A DNA stretch of 64,000 bases from positions 17,360,001-17,424,000 of the forward strand of contig CM106586.1 of assembly GCA_048013815.1 (NCBI GenBank). Reading direction: 5' to 3'. Positions 45,534 through 59,476 of the stretch are shown here, in pieces. Position 1 is the first letter of the stretch; each line of letters opens with the position of its first letter. The position numbers and the translations under genes are program-made. The notes beneath the pieces are model-generated. The model saw nothing but the letters and a program-made list of their open reading frames with translations. It was not told the DNA's origin and made no database searches. The DNA comes from Setoptus koraiensis. Taxonomy: Eukaryota > Animalia > Arthropoda.

Positions 45534-48500
45534 ATGGCCTGTTCCGCAGTTACCCTGTCCATTGCCACCATCATGTCTATCATAGCCATAGCATGTTTGG
45601 TTATATCGTTCACCACAGACAATTGGTACGAATTCCGACTCGATAGGAATAAAACGAGGGGCATTGATGCCGTCACAGGTGCTGTAAATCCCGAGTTCGA
45701 CACAGACTACAGATATTTTAGCCGAGACGAGGGACTATTTAGATTGTGTTTCGTTGATAAGAAGCCAAAAAATCTCAAGACATACTTGTCGCCAACACAG
45801 TCCGAATGTATTAATATCAACTATCACATACCCGAAGACGAAGAGACGGATCAATATGACAGTATGAGATGGGAAAGATTGCGTAAGTTTTTTCTCACCA
45901 CTGGTGTATACACACAAGTAATGATTCTTGACAGCATATTTATCATCATGTTGTTCCTTTTGTCACATCACCAATTTAACATGAAAAAAAACATCATTTT
46001 TCCCTTCGTATTTATCATCATCACAAATCATATTTAATGCTAATTATGGAAATTGCTCAATTAACATGCATCTCAACAAACCAATCCACGACCAAATAGA
46101 TATCGCCAGATCTGTTGTAGCTCTCTACATCGTTGGATTCTTCTTTTTGTTCCTCTCATTCTTCACCGGACTAGCTGGTTGCTGGAAAAGGTCACACGCC
46201 AATTTAGTTGCAACAGGAATCCTACAACTAATTGCAGGTAAGTGCAGGGATTGACCTTTAGTTTGCTAGCTCAATGAATGAAATTGCCTGAACAACATGA
46301 TTGCTAGTAATTCTGTTGGCTCATGTTGGACCACCAGCTAGCAAGAACAAAGTACAATCAGGCCAACTTCAATTACTATAGATGTAATATCGCCTCTTAT
46401 TAATTGTTGTTAATTGACTCATTGCCTTAAAAAAATCTGCTCTTTTCACCTTTGCACAACCAACAAATAATCTCTTGGTATTCGATCGGTGATGAACATG
46501 ATGATAATATCACACAATTGCAAACGAAAACCTATTATCGAAAAACTCAAATATTTACTTGAAATCACTGTATCACCTTATCTAATATCTCTATCGGCAA
46601 CAACATCAACAATGCGACACCCAATTTGTTCATCATCATAATCATATACAATCCATCGAAACGTCCCTTTTACAAAAATCAACAATTGAAAAAATGGACT
46701 ACTATTGCCCTGAGTAGCCTCCTTAGATACTGGATCGATGGCCTTGTTTCATGCTTGCCTCTTCTATGATCATCATAAACTCAAAGATAAAGACTCGTAT
46801 AGCAGATGGCCTGAGGTAAGAACCACCACTGATAACTAAAAATAGCTTTGCAGTCACTGATTTGAACTTAGAATGTAACGCCATCACAAGCTGCTGCATG
46901 AAACTAACTCAAGATACTTATACACACAGAGAAAAAAGCCCAAGTAGCAATAGCCTATGCTCATCAAGCCTGCTGGATGACAACTCGTTTTATATCCATG
47001 CTCATAGTTTCAGCAAATAGTGATGATCAGCAGGTAGTTTAGAGAGAGAGAGAGATTGTGTACGGTATACATCAGCTTGACCAGAGCGATCGTCTCGATG
47101 GTCAACATGCAGTAGATTGCAAATGAGACCATACGAACAGATTATGTGATAGCTGCTGCGTTCATGGCTATCTCTGGTTTATGGTAGAGAAGGAGATATG
47201 CAAAAGCAATACAGCATCATAATTGAGCTCTTCATTTACAAGTTTACCTACCAACACATGAGCTAGAGAGAACTTTGATGTTCAGAAAGCCTCAAAAGTT
47301 GAGTCAAGTTGACCGGACTGTGTAGCATATATTAATATGTTTAAATTGATTGATACACAGAGGCGAGATGGTTGTCGTCTCCCTCTTCTTCAATCGCTTT
47401 ATCAGTTACTGTGTATTCACTGATCAGCCTTGATCTAGTGAGTAAACTGTAGCAACTCTTGCGCTCTGATTTCAGAATGCACTCATTTAGAAATCCGGAT
47501 TCATCCTTCATGAGTTAGACACACCGTAGCAGCGTTTATAGTGCAACACTGCATAAAGTGCGATTGGGCAAGCCAATCTTTCCTAGACACTGACAGTTCG
47601 CGAAGCGGACTAATGAACAGTGATAAAGAAAGGTAGCAGGAGTGGAGAAGAGTTACTTGTACCTAGATTAGAACAGAGATAATTTATATTAGCGGCGCAT
47701 CAGTTTACAGGTTCATTTGAGAGAAATATTGTCTTTTTTGCCTTGCATATCACCTCCAAATTGACGCTAAAACTAAAGCTCATGATAGTTTAATTGAAAC
47801 ACATACGATAATGCTAGAATAGTAATAATAACATTCACGCAGAGTTTACTTGATATATATTACACATAACGACGAGATTTAGTGCCCAAGTTGCGTGCAG
47901 TGCGATCGCATCTTGATCAGGTTAACTATTTGTGCATCCGAACCCTATGGCGTTTGATTCCATCATCATGTATGATTCGATCTGGCACGACGCATTTAAT
48001 TAGTTTTCTCACATGAGCCATGTATCGCCCATAGCTAGATAGTCCATAAGCGTATTTTACTTGTTCGTAACTGAAGTGCCGTTCAGTTCTTCCACTCTGA
48101 GAGGATCATGGACGTTCGTGAAAATTCTTGATCGCACATGAATCGTGGAAGGAAAAAAAAGAATACTAAATCTCATTGATAGTTTGAATGAAGGCACCAT
48201 CAATACATCAATACATCTGTGATGAGATGAGCTTTGTGTTTTCGCTAAATCATGATTGTGTTCTATCTTTGAATATTGATCACGATCACTTGTAGAAAGC
48301 TTATAATCAAAATCCAAGTTCTAGTCATCATCCTTAGCTATTAGATAATAATATATTGTCCACAGTGTCTACGAAACACAGCCACACTATTGCGAACCTT
48401 TCTAATGCTCTTTAAATGATTATCATTTGAATCATCTAAATATCATAAATTGGAACATATTCATAATCAACTAACATGTTGAATCAATCTCTGAATAACG

Positions 48501-49955
48501 TTCCCTCTTCATGCGACCGTCACCCCTTAGTATAATCTACTGACATGTCCATTTTGGGAAAACGATTTTGTTGTTGAAAAAATCAATTGTTACTTGCGGT
48601 CAACCTAACTCACTCTCTATCGTTCTGCGACACGAACTACAATATGTAATGCTTGTCCATGTTTTCTATCATATGGCAACAAAAAGTTAGGACCGTTAGT
48701 TTTTTTCTTCTTTGCATGAAATTTGCATGAATTCTCCTGGATGACGTTTATGCTATTACCAAATCATAAGCTAACTACTACTTATAAATTAACAATGCCT
48801 TATAGCAGCGCAACCAAACTGATAGTAATGCTGAGATTTACTGCTACTTCCGACCACTTGCCCCCACTGTTGGGTTTACTCCAACAACACTACCACCAAC
48901 CAAACTAACTAACCGCTTTCATTTTATGCATCACAATATCTCACCTAATCACGATTATGCTCACATTCATCCCATGTAATCGTTTTCTTCAACTCTCAAA
49001 TTTGTGTGATGGTACAATACCTGAATATGGCGTTTATTTATACTTATCATTAACATATAATATACTGTTGAAACTATCTATGGCAACGACACTAATAATA
49101 TTAATAATAACAACAACAACTGCCGAACAACCATCATTGAATCATTGCTTACTAACAACTTGTCGAACAACGCAACGAATTGATCGATTAAACAAACATC
49201 CTTTTACATACTCAAACATCATCGCCATTAAAAACAACCAATTGCCAAACTAAACTAAACCGGACCAAACGATTATTCAACTGACTATTGACCATTAAAC
49301 ACCTACCATCATCTTTTATTGATATCATGCCATTATTATAATCATTATTGTTGCGTCTGTATGTTTGTGTATGTATGCGCACTTTCTACCTACAATAATC
49401 ACCCATCATCATCAAATTTTTATACAATACCAATCACACAAAAACAGGAGCTCAAGTATGGAACTGAAACATATTATGGATGGTCTTATGTAGTAGGATG
49501 GGTTGGTATTGTGGAGTGTTTAGTGGCTGCAATCATGTTCATATCGGCAGCTAGATGTATTAGGAGTGAGAAAAGAACTGAACAAGCCAAGAATATGCAA
49601 TATCTTATGCCAGTTTATCCAGACAAAAGAGCTCCATATGCCTACAGTTATGCCTATCCTAGTAGCATGTATAATTATCCTCAGCAGCACATGACAAGTG
49701 AGTATGACTGCAATTGATTTGAACTAAATCTTCTCCTCTCGCATATATGGACGTAGACATAATGATTACATGCGAACGAAGAGATAATGGCATATAAATA
49801 CGCCAAAAAGTCACAAATAGACCCGCGAGCTATGGCAGAGTTTTCATCTCTTTATGTTTGCGTCTTATTGTACACAACTGTGATTTTTCATTGTGTTTAA
49901 CAGTTGAAGCTCATTGTGACTCTTTGTTATTTGTGTCGAGTGTATCTACCTGCGT

Positions 49956-50001
<46 letters not shown>

Positions 50002-50142
50002 CCAGTGAAGATATTTCCATTCTTATAGTACTAATCTCCTATCTAATTGTTTACTCATTGGGTATTATCATTATTTTTTATTTTAATTTCATAACAATCA
50101 CCAGATCCTTACAATGCCATGCCAAGCCCCTACGCCTATTAA
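45534..50142 (+). CDS. Invertebrate claudin / PMP22-superfamily four-TM protein (resembles Drosophila CG6398 from memory), 290 aa, 5 exons: join(45534..45882,46100..46237,46718..46815,49448..49697,50105..50142)
   Basis: Seen: MACSAVTLSIAT-TM1-TDNW..GLFRLC..C; exon 2 HIARSVVALYIV..GCWKRS; exon 3 GSMALFH..RWPE; exon 4 YGWSYVVGWVG..MQYLMPVY; exon 5 NPYNAMPSPYAY*. All junctions are GT-AG with GTAAG or GTGAG donors and phases 1,1,0,1; total 873 nt in frame. Read-through of the last intron would stop at 49717. A likely 5'UTR acceptor is CCAACAG| at 45439. Confidence 0.88.
49958..49998. repeat. (CT)20 microsatellite in the last claudin-like intron
   Basis: Counted directly. Confidence 0.95.
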
Positions 50143-50979
50143 AGAAATTGAATGCAATCCATAATAGTTCAGTTGGTTCAATTCCTTGTATCCAAACTGG
50201 GATCGCAAACACACTCACACTCCAATGAATATGCCAGAGCACAGAAGAAGAATAAAATGGAGTCAAATGTAAATATTCGAGTGATAAGCCCGAGGAATCA
50301 ATAGCAACTTTGACAACTGTTTACATTCACAAGTACCATTATCAAAATTTAGCTATTTTAATGTCTGCGAGGCTATCATATTATCAATCGGCAACATCGC
50401 AAAAATCACATACACACACACAAACACATTTCGTAATCGTAATCATAAAGGCCTCGTCTGTTTAGTAGTTATTTTTTAAAGAAGAAGGTAGTAGTGAATG
50501 ATATATGAATCCTTAAGCGCTCCATCAATCGAGCGTTCGATCAATCAATTCATCAATCAATCAATCAATCAATCATGCTCATAATGTAAAGATGGCTAAC
50601 TGTGTTACATCAAGAGAGTTATGGTTGTATATATCGTATACTATACTCAAAAGGATAATAGATCACACTAATGCAAGCCCACAATAGATTGCCATATGTT
50701 AAATCGAGATTTGAAGTAGGCCAAATCTGTTTTTCGTTTACCCTCAACATCTCACAACTAGCTCAAATTAAACAAGGATCCTCATACTTACTTTCTCGAT
50801 GTAAAGCGATTTTTTCAAAATGCTACTACATATATTCTACCACACCGAAGCAACGAATAATACCAACTTTCCTTTATCATCGTCATTAATTGTATTTTGT
50901 TTTTGCACACGTCAAAAAGAACTAAATCTTACTTTAATCTTCATGCTCTCCCACTAATATGATTAGAATGACACCAACC

Positions 50980-50982
<3 letters not shown>

Positions 50983-51020
<38 letters not shown>
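50983..51020. repeat. (AC)19 microsatellite
   Basis: Counted directly. Confidence 0.95.
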
Positions 51021-51025
<5 letters not shown>

Positions 51026-51521
51026 TTGTTCTATACAGTATACAGTTTTTATGATAATTTATGAATTTGAATCCTTTTGTATATAGTGGAAATCTATGCA
51101 AAACAACTAAAGTTATTGTCGGAAAAACCGTAGACATAATTCAATCGAATGATAGTTGTCCGATGTTAGATGCTCATGAGTAAATTTCTCTGAAACGCCA
51201 GCTATAATTTAGATATTTACAGTATTGAATTTGTGATACAAACAATAAATATATTTAATTGAAAGGTAACAACACAATCTCGTGAAAAGTTATAGACTTG
51301 TAACATATCAAGTTGAGCCATGTCCGATATGGATTCGAAAGACTAGACTGAATCATAGACAGAAGCCTCAACAGAATATCATTGTTGTAAATTGTAAATA
51401 CCTGTTGATAATTGCTGGCTTCGTTTTCTTATTGAAGTCTTTTTGCTCTATAATCAACAACTTTTCTTCCTTCTTCCGAACTGCAAGAATTCTTACTAAA
51501 AAAATTTTCAACGTATTTCGG

Positions 51522-52927
51522 TTACTGCCTATCGTAGACTGTAGGCGGCTGATAGGATGGAGGATCAGGTTGAGATTCTGCATTTGCATAACTTTCAGCA
51601 TTGTTGTTTCCACTTTGCTCCTGTTGCTTCTGATCTTGTCTCGATGGAATTCCAAGATATGATAAGTTATTTTGTCCATTAGCCACTATAGATGCCTGGA
51701 TGTGTGCAGCCAAACGCTGTTTTTTGGCGGCATCACAAGGATAGGTATCGTTATTGGTGATTTCTTCGCAGATTATATTCAGCGGCTGGTCTGGACCGTC
51801 TCTAGTGGCGATAACCTTTACTCCGTAATCGCGTTTCAGTTTCTCAAGCACTTCAATAGAATGGTGCAACAGAATTGGACAAATAACATAATTTGTTAAT
51901 TAATAATTTGTGTAACCACTCATTAGTTGACAATGAATATTTTGGATTGCAGCGTTCGTTGAGAGAATCACTACTACTTACCATGTGGAGGCATATCCTT
52001 CAGTGGCACCTCGGTCAGTATAGTTGCTGGCCAGCCTGTGGCCTCAGCAATCAGCTTTAATGTATCTACCGAAGGCACTTGATTCAGGCTTCTAGTTACT
52101 TCATCCAATTGATGTTGTTGGCCCTCATGATCGCTCTCTCCTTGTTCTGGAGCTGTTTGAGGTTGACTTTCATGAGATCTATAAACGCTTGGGTCGTTGC
52201 TTTGCTGAGGCGCTAGGGATGCAACTTCCTCACGCACAGGAACTGCCCCTTGTCCATCAGTGCTTTCTGGCAAGCCTGATGACTCTTGTTGATGTGAAAC
52301 ATAAGTGTTTTCCGGTTGTGAAATATGGTAAGACGATGTATCATAATGATTTGAGTCACCATCATGAGACGCTTCTCTAGTTGCGTGCTCGGGAATATCT
52401 GGCGATGAGTAACTGTAGATTTCGCTTGTTTGATTGTCTCTAGTCGGTAGGTACGCTTCTTGTGAATGCTCATATGTCAACTGAGGCATCTCATGCAAAG
52501 GTTGAGGTCTGTTCTCATAGGGTGGTGATACATAAATCGTCTCTTGTTGAGCTCTGTTGTCTGGCTCTTCCGACACAGCATACTCTTGCGAACTTGCTGA
52601 GTCAAGTGCCTCTTTTATTTCGTCTTTTCCATTTTGTTTCGAGTCGGCGCTTCCGTAACTCGTGCCCAACTTTGGGGTCCATGAGGAAGTTGTGCTCTCT
52701 TGGGGACGTTCTAATGTGGCACTATTGGGCTCTTCACCGAGCCGATACAACTCTACAGATGCAGCTTCTTTCAACGGTTCTAGTTCTGCCTCCCGTCTAC
52801 TGTCTGATTTTTCTATTTTATTGTGTCCAGGCTGATTAGATTGACTGATAGGTGTTGCATCGCTAGCAATAATAATTGAGAGCGCTAGCGACGAAATAAC
52901 CAAGTTTGATATTGTTATCTTGATCAT
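51522..52927 (-). CDS. Secreted hypothetical protein, 424 aa, 2 exons: complement(join(51522..51850,51982..52927))
   Basis: Seen: signal peptide MIKITISNLVISSLALSIIIASDA, then an acidic S/Q/P/E-rich region. Donor CATG|GTAAGT at 51981, branch-like ACTAAT, acceptor ATTGAAG| at 51851 (131-nt intron). The phase-1 join fuses two track ORFs (PPH-V-LEKLKRDYG), 1275 nt in total. Confidence 0.8.
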
Positions 52928-53601
52928 GATTGGTTATTATTGATAGATTCTATTGTCTAGTTTCTATAAATTGATAGAGTATGCAATATTCTGAGATGAC
53001 AATTACTATCTATTGAAACATTCACTCAAGAGATGAATTGTCAAATTGAACTTAAATTGACAAAATAGTACGACCTGAAACTATAGCCATGGTTTAATAA
53101 CAAATGAGTGTGAACTTGATCATGATGCTCTCTGTCTCTCTACTTGTATGCATTACTTCAAGATGCTCTGGTAATAACTGGCTAACAGTATCAACCATAA
53201 TCATGGTGGTCGTGACGCTCTTATTACGTTTACTTTCACTTCCGACAAAACGCATAATCAGGTTAAGGTTTGTGATCTGTTTTATAAACTCAAAAAGTTT
53301 GAAAGAAAAGATGTTTGCTCATGCCAATATTCGTACACTATCCAGTTATTCACGATCGTATCGTACATCATAACGATGTGCCTTGACCACAAATAAAACT
53401 TTCACATCAACCTAAACCATGGAACCAGTCACGCTTGTCTAAAATATTTATTTCCTTCCTATGTCCATGTTGGTAACTGTATTAGGATAGTTGAAAGGTA
53501 TGAGTGTGTCTGCTTATCTGTAACAAGTTGTTTATGTAATTATCCACTCGATAGGAAGGGCTTAATTGATTGCATGTAGTTAACACCATTTCAAATTGAA
53601 A

Positions 53602-53604
<3 letters not shown>

Positions 53605-53672
<68 letters not shown>
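53605..53672. repeat. (GA)34 microsatellite
   Basis: Counted directly. It is the longest pure dinucleotide tract I found in the window. Confidence 0.95.
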
Positions 53673-53676
<4 letters not shown>

Positions 53677-56600
53677 GAGCTGAACGAGAATCTTAGAAAG
53701 CTCGAGGGGATGAACTGTATCATCCTACATCATCTGATGTACTTGAGATCAGATACAACGCCTTGACATTAATAGTTATTGCCAAAATGATAATATGGTG
53801 GTATTGGGATAGGTCTTAGCTCCTTTGCGAATAACAGAAGCATACAAGCCATTAGTAAACAATACATGTTAGATTTCAATTTAGACTATATTGAATCACA
53901 CCTTCATACCGGAAATCTAGGTTCCAACCTTAAGTTCGAAGCAGGTGTTAATATTACTGCGATTACCTGAATTCACATTGACATTGTTGAGAGAGAATCA
54001 TTTCCTAAATGCTATTACAGATTTTATCTCTTATTTATTCAATCTGAAACTTTAAAAATGAACTAGATATATTGTTGATAATACTGTATATCAAGTAACA
54101 AGTTGATTCCGCATGTTCAGCACATAGTAATAGATAGATAACGAAAAAAAAGAGGTTTCGTTACGCTCATTAGGTCGTAGGTAACGGTAGTATAGTAATA
54201 ATTATTAGATAGCAATGGTCTGTTTATGATACTATATTCTAGGCAGATAGTGATATGGTAGGTCAGCGAAATGAAAGCAATCTTGTTTGGTCATCAGCAA
54301 ACCTGTCTTGAGACTGAGCAGCACTGCCGTTAGCAACGGCAGTGCTGCTCTGGCTTGAAGATAAATGTGACAAGATGACGAGAAGGAGAAAATGCATCAA
54401 CTATGTACATAATAAGTAGCGTAACATTGAATTTGTCTCTTTCAAAGTCTTGTTATTGCGGTAATATTAAGTTCAACAAATACTGAGACAGAGGGGAGAG
54501 AATGACCGAATCAGTTCCGTGCGCTGAGTTGAGAATTGATCTAAATATTTTTTGGATTGATTGTATAACTACTTTGAGATAAGATAATACCAGTGATTAT
54601 AACCAATGAGCCTGTGGTTTTTCAGCTCCCATGTGTCCTGAATATTGCCCAGCCCAGTCGGAGAGCTAGAAGAGAGTTAGCGGTTTAAACGTGAAACCCA
54701 CAAGGCTTATTGGGATCATAATAATTAGCACCAGAAACTTTATGAATTCTTTGATTATAACTATCGATTTGGACTAGTCAATCATTAAGTTAGATACCGG
54801 ACCGATCTGAACGTTCCAACAATGTTGATTCATGAGATATCTTCAACTGTTTAATGGTCATTTAATATTGTTTCTACTATCTTGCCGGTTTGCTCTGGAA
54901 GAAAGATTCATGGTAACAGGTAATGAAATGAGCAATATTATGATTAGTGCGATCATATCCGCCGGGTCAATTTGTCTTTGAGATCTTTCTATTCTAAGCA
55001 CGTCCCTGTTTTTGTTACAGTAATCATTGGTTAGTCCTCTAATTGGAAAATCTTAAAACCTATCGAGACAATTCGTCATGAAAGCTATTAACTATGTGTA
55101 TGATACAACTGTATAAGACATTAGAATTATGAAGTAATGTGCAATCATGGATCAGTGCTTTGAGAGAAATGAATGTTGATTCTAGGTGACAAAAATGGTT
55201 TTCTAAATGATCTCAGCTTTCAATTATACTGATAGATCAAATGGAAAACCCGTTTTTGCAACTCTAATACTATTCCGTATCGTTTTCTTAACAATTGAAA
55301 ACAGCAATAAGGTAGCAATAGAAGAATTGCTTATAGTTCATTAGTTTACCGGATACCTATTAGAAGGAATTCAATCTACTGTCCCTCGGTAATCGATTTT
55401 CAGGAAATCGTTCATAAGTCTTTATAAAAACAGAGGATTTAAATAAATAAGTCCCGAATAAATTCTCGAGTTGAAATTCTTGATTGGCACATGTAGCTGT
55501 GTGAAGATGGTCTGGAGGATTGCTGGCTGAAAGTTTGATGCTTATGATGGTTTGAAATAATTATTGTCACATAATAATAGTCATAAATCTAAGTTGGTTT
55601 CACAACGAACCTGTTGATTGCGTGAATATTTTGGAGATGAGCTGACTCAGTAAATTATTACATCTGGTGCCTCAAATAGCCAACCAATGATTCGCCTCTT
55701 CTGTCTCAATATATCTTTTTGAGAACATCGAGATAATTAAACCGCGTCTAAATGCCATATCCTGATGAATGATTTGAAGGAACGACCATAAATACAATTT
55801 TGACATCTGCCTCAATAGAATGTATCTGTGATCAGTGTGGACCAGTCTTGAACATGGTGGTTGAATATCAGTGTCCGTGGCGATCGAGATGGAGTTGATG
55901 GAACCGAAAAACGGGGGTTTATCAAGCTGTTTGCTTATAATTCAGTTGCCAACCCATGCCTGTACGCCAGCATCGGTGCTCCTCTTCAATAGTCTTCAAG
56001 TTGGCGACGCCGCCGATAAAGATGAAGATTTTGATTACGATAGCTATACCATCGCCCATGATTAGAATTGTGCAAGTATCAGAATGATGATCATCAACAA
56101 TAATAATGCTACGCCGATGAATTTCGTGATGGTTGAGCCATAGAGTTAAGTGAGGGGATGTAGCGACTCGTATTAATGCAGCAAATATACCATCTGTGAG
56201 ATGATGCATTCTATGATGATGACGATGACGATGATAACTAGGAGGAAGAAGATATTGATGGTAATGAGAGACTAAATGATGCCCTGGTCTAGTCTGTGCT
56301 TCTTTCTAGTTATTCAACTTACAGCACAACTTCTTATTGCATCCAAAGATAAAGACGACGAAGGAATAGCGACTACATTATGGAGTGTTCCTTCAATTAG
56401 ATATATACTCGTTGAACTACATCAGAGCCATGCACATGCCGAGACGATGAGAGCTAAGAAGACGAAGATGATAGTATAGAAGGTTCACTCACGATGCGTT
56501 CATATGTGTTGTTCTTGCCTGTACTAGTATGTGTGTCTGTTTGTCTGTGCGTTTGTGCTTGATCCACCCCCAGATCTGCAAAAGACAGCAACAGTAGAAC

Positions 56601-59448
56601 CAGAGTCACTATTAGATTGTGTTGTAGTATGGTAGTTTGAGTACTGCTGCAATGTGTCTATACTGCAAGCAGCTCAAATGATGTTGATGACGAAGCTAGC
56701 CAGTTTTCATAGTGACAGGCATACGTAGTGGTTGAAATTTGCAATAGAGGCTACCCGTAGAGAGCTGCCACATTATCAGCTTTTATTTTGATTTGCTCCT
56801 GTTCTGATCCAAGTCCTTGGCCATAATTAAGGTTATATTATTCAATTGACTAGATCCCATTATAAGGTGTCTTAGATATAAGAATTGATATTATTGATGG
56901 CTCCGGTCTAAACTCTCTCGCTAGATCCGAGACTGCATAATGCACTCTGTAACAGTGATAATAATAGCTGGTATGTAGGAACTGATGAGATACAATATCA
57001 AGTGCTAATATTCTCCAAATTTACGGGTATCAGGAGGTACCTTTACGTTCTGCCTCTTCTTTTATTACATGTTCTGCGGATATGCTACGGCGCACGGGAA
57101 TGGATATGTTCTTCGCTGGCTAGTCAGGCCGTGCCCGGTCGCTACCATACAGACAGTATGAGTTGAAACACGACAAACACATTGATGATAGCATTTGAAC
57201 TGCGGACTGACTAGCACCACATTAGTTTTCGTGGCGATACGGAAAGAGCATCTAATATAACTCCAACCTGTTGCACTGTTAATTTTTTTATTAATTACAA
57301 GTCTTTTTGGGAATAAACATTGTTATGCCAGAATAACAAGTTTCTCCCCATTGTATTGAGCATTTCCATTAGAACGCACATCTGACTACTTTTTAGCACG
57401 CATGCGTACTGAAAGGCGGCGCGAAATATATAAGGTTATATAAAATGCTCCAATAATAATGTTGTGATAACAATGCAATGTGCGATCAATGGATTAGAAC
57501 GCAACCCTGATGCATGATGCACAGTTGAGGATATTGACACAGTTTGCAAAACACAACTGTGATATATGTTAACGACTATCGCTCAACCAATTCCTTTCAT
57601 TCACTCTTTGCTCAACTAACCTTTGGGAAAATCCAATAAAAACCTGTTGAAGTGATCCACACCACACCATACAACTGTAGAATGAATTGGCAGCAAATAA
57701 GCTTCATGGTTAGCTGAATGCAACAGTGTGTAGTCATGTGGGGAGCGAAAACTTCAGCGACAATCATGACCGTATGGTTAGAGTTGCTTAATCAGTACAC
57801 TAAAGATAAATAAAAGAGTGATGCTGTTACTAAACATTTGTTATTATTGTTCTCGTTGTTCTCGATAATCATGTAATATTTCACTGCAATATGTTTGAAG
57901 CCGTTCTGAAGATGAGATCGATGAACGCCGCTGCGATGCTGGTTATTAAATTCATTTGTGAAATCCAGCACCCTCTCCCTCGTTTCGGCCAGCTTCACGA
58001 AGACCGAACACCGTAAGAAATATCTCCATATGAATTCATCTTGGAAGGCATATCAAGGCGTCAGAGTGCGTTATGATTTAAATCATTCAGAAAGTAAGTA
58101 GAGCTCATTTTGCTTGATCTTCTGACTTATACATCTTTTCTGATCTTCAATTTACATGAATGGAGCTCGTAATGTTGACATATTAATTGAAAACTCTGTG
58201 TATAAGATAAGGGGAGAAATATGTGGTGTGTTACGGCATTCCTCATGAATAAGATTGTACTAGGTCGCATTTAATCTGACTCGACTGTAATCAAAGCGAC
58301 ATTATACTGTTGAGATTAGTTTCGTTATGCAAACTGCCATCGCCATTACTATTAGATTAGAGCTTCATCATATAGCTTGATTCTAGTTTGAGCCTAGAGT
58401 GCCATTATTAAGCAACGGCGACAAAAATATCTGCCACAGATTTGGGCTGAGCTCTGTAGAACAAAACTAGATTATGAATGTTACGTACGCAGTAAAGTTT
58501 TGAAACAGTTGGAGCAATGAATAGCATTGATGAAAATGTTTTGAAGCAACAAGCATGTTTACCATCAACAAACTTATACAGTTCAACATTCTCTCTTTGT
58601 GCATTTGTTTTCTCAATTTATCTTAAATACAATTTGCAAGCAACTTCATCCGCCTATTTCTGGTGGAATGAAATAGTTTTGTGAGTATCACTCAGGAATT
58701 GGCCGCAACACTGGCAAATAATGTTCAACGTGTGTGAGATTGATGCAAGAATTGCTTAGAAGCAATTTCTAAATACACACAATCATCAACAAGATGAAGA
58801 TTTCAAGTTTAGCCAATAAATAAAGAATTTAGAATTTGGTGAGAGTCTGTGTGAGCTGCACCAGTGAATGAATTAGACCATCATCAACTGAACTTGAGGC
58901 ATGATTGCGAGTGCAACTAGCTTACCTGACTTGCCAGTGTAAATAGTGTGTGTAATAGTGCTTATGGTGTGCTGTGTGTTAAGTGGAATATTTGCTAGTG
59001 GCGGTTCGACTCATGAAGATAGACAACTAGTTCAAGCTATTACCATCAATACATGCTAATATTTGTTTGCTAACTTGTTGTTGCCATCCATGCGATGCCC
59101 ATGATTTTGTACCTTTACCGTCCGATAATCTACATCACCCCGGCAACTGGTCGAATGCGCAGAAACATTCTATTTGATGTGTGGCGATGTGTATGGCGAG
59201 GAATGAGAGCGAGCATAGAGCAACATTTTCCTCAGTTTTCCTCGTTTCGTTCTTTACACATTACATTACGGCAGAAGCAGCGGCGGCGTAAGCAGTTCTA
59301 CACCATTCATTCGCTCATTAGCTAATGGCCAGGGGAGACTGTTGCTGCTGCTAAAGTCTTGTCAAATTCATCTAGCCGATTCATGGTCGTCGTTGCGTCG
59401 CATAAACTTGCTATCCATTCACCATGTTACCTTGTCTTAGTGATTGCG

Positions 59449-59476
59449 TTAGTCAGTGTCAGTCAGTCAGTCAGTG
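59449..59476 (+). promoter_or_regulatory. TCAGT cluster (arthropod initiator-like) at an AT-to-GC boundary, possible TSS of a + strand gene continuing beyond the window
   Basis: Seen: five TCAGT plus one TTAGT. TCAKT is the arthropod Inr consensus (established), but the cluster could equally be a (CAGT)n microsatellite. Confidence 0.25.

Noticed and set aside
51368-51679. 103-aa minus-strand ORF, and a possible extra exon SEEGRKVVDYRAKRLQ* after 51482
   Set aside because: The ORF is an alternative frame of exon 2 of the 52927 gene. The extra exon would need a ~43-nt intron with a weak GTAACC donor.
56847-56857. TGACTAGATCC, identical to the 5' 11 nt of miR-279
   Set aside because: The 3' half does not match, and the flanks give only a poor stem with a loop of over 30 nt, which is not a pre-miRNA fold.
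59003-59012. GGTTCGACTC, resembling a tRNA T-loop / B-box
   Set aside because: No T-stem pairing, acceptor stem or D-arm.
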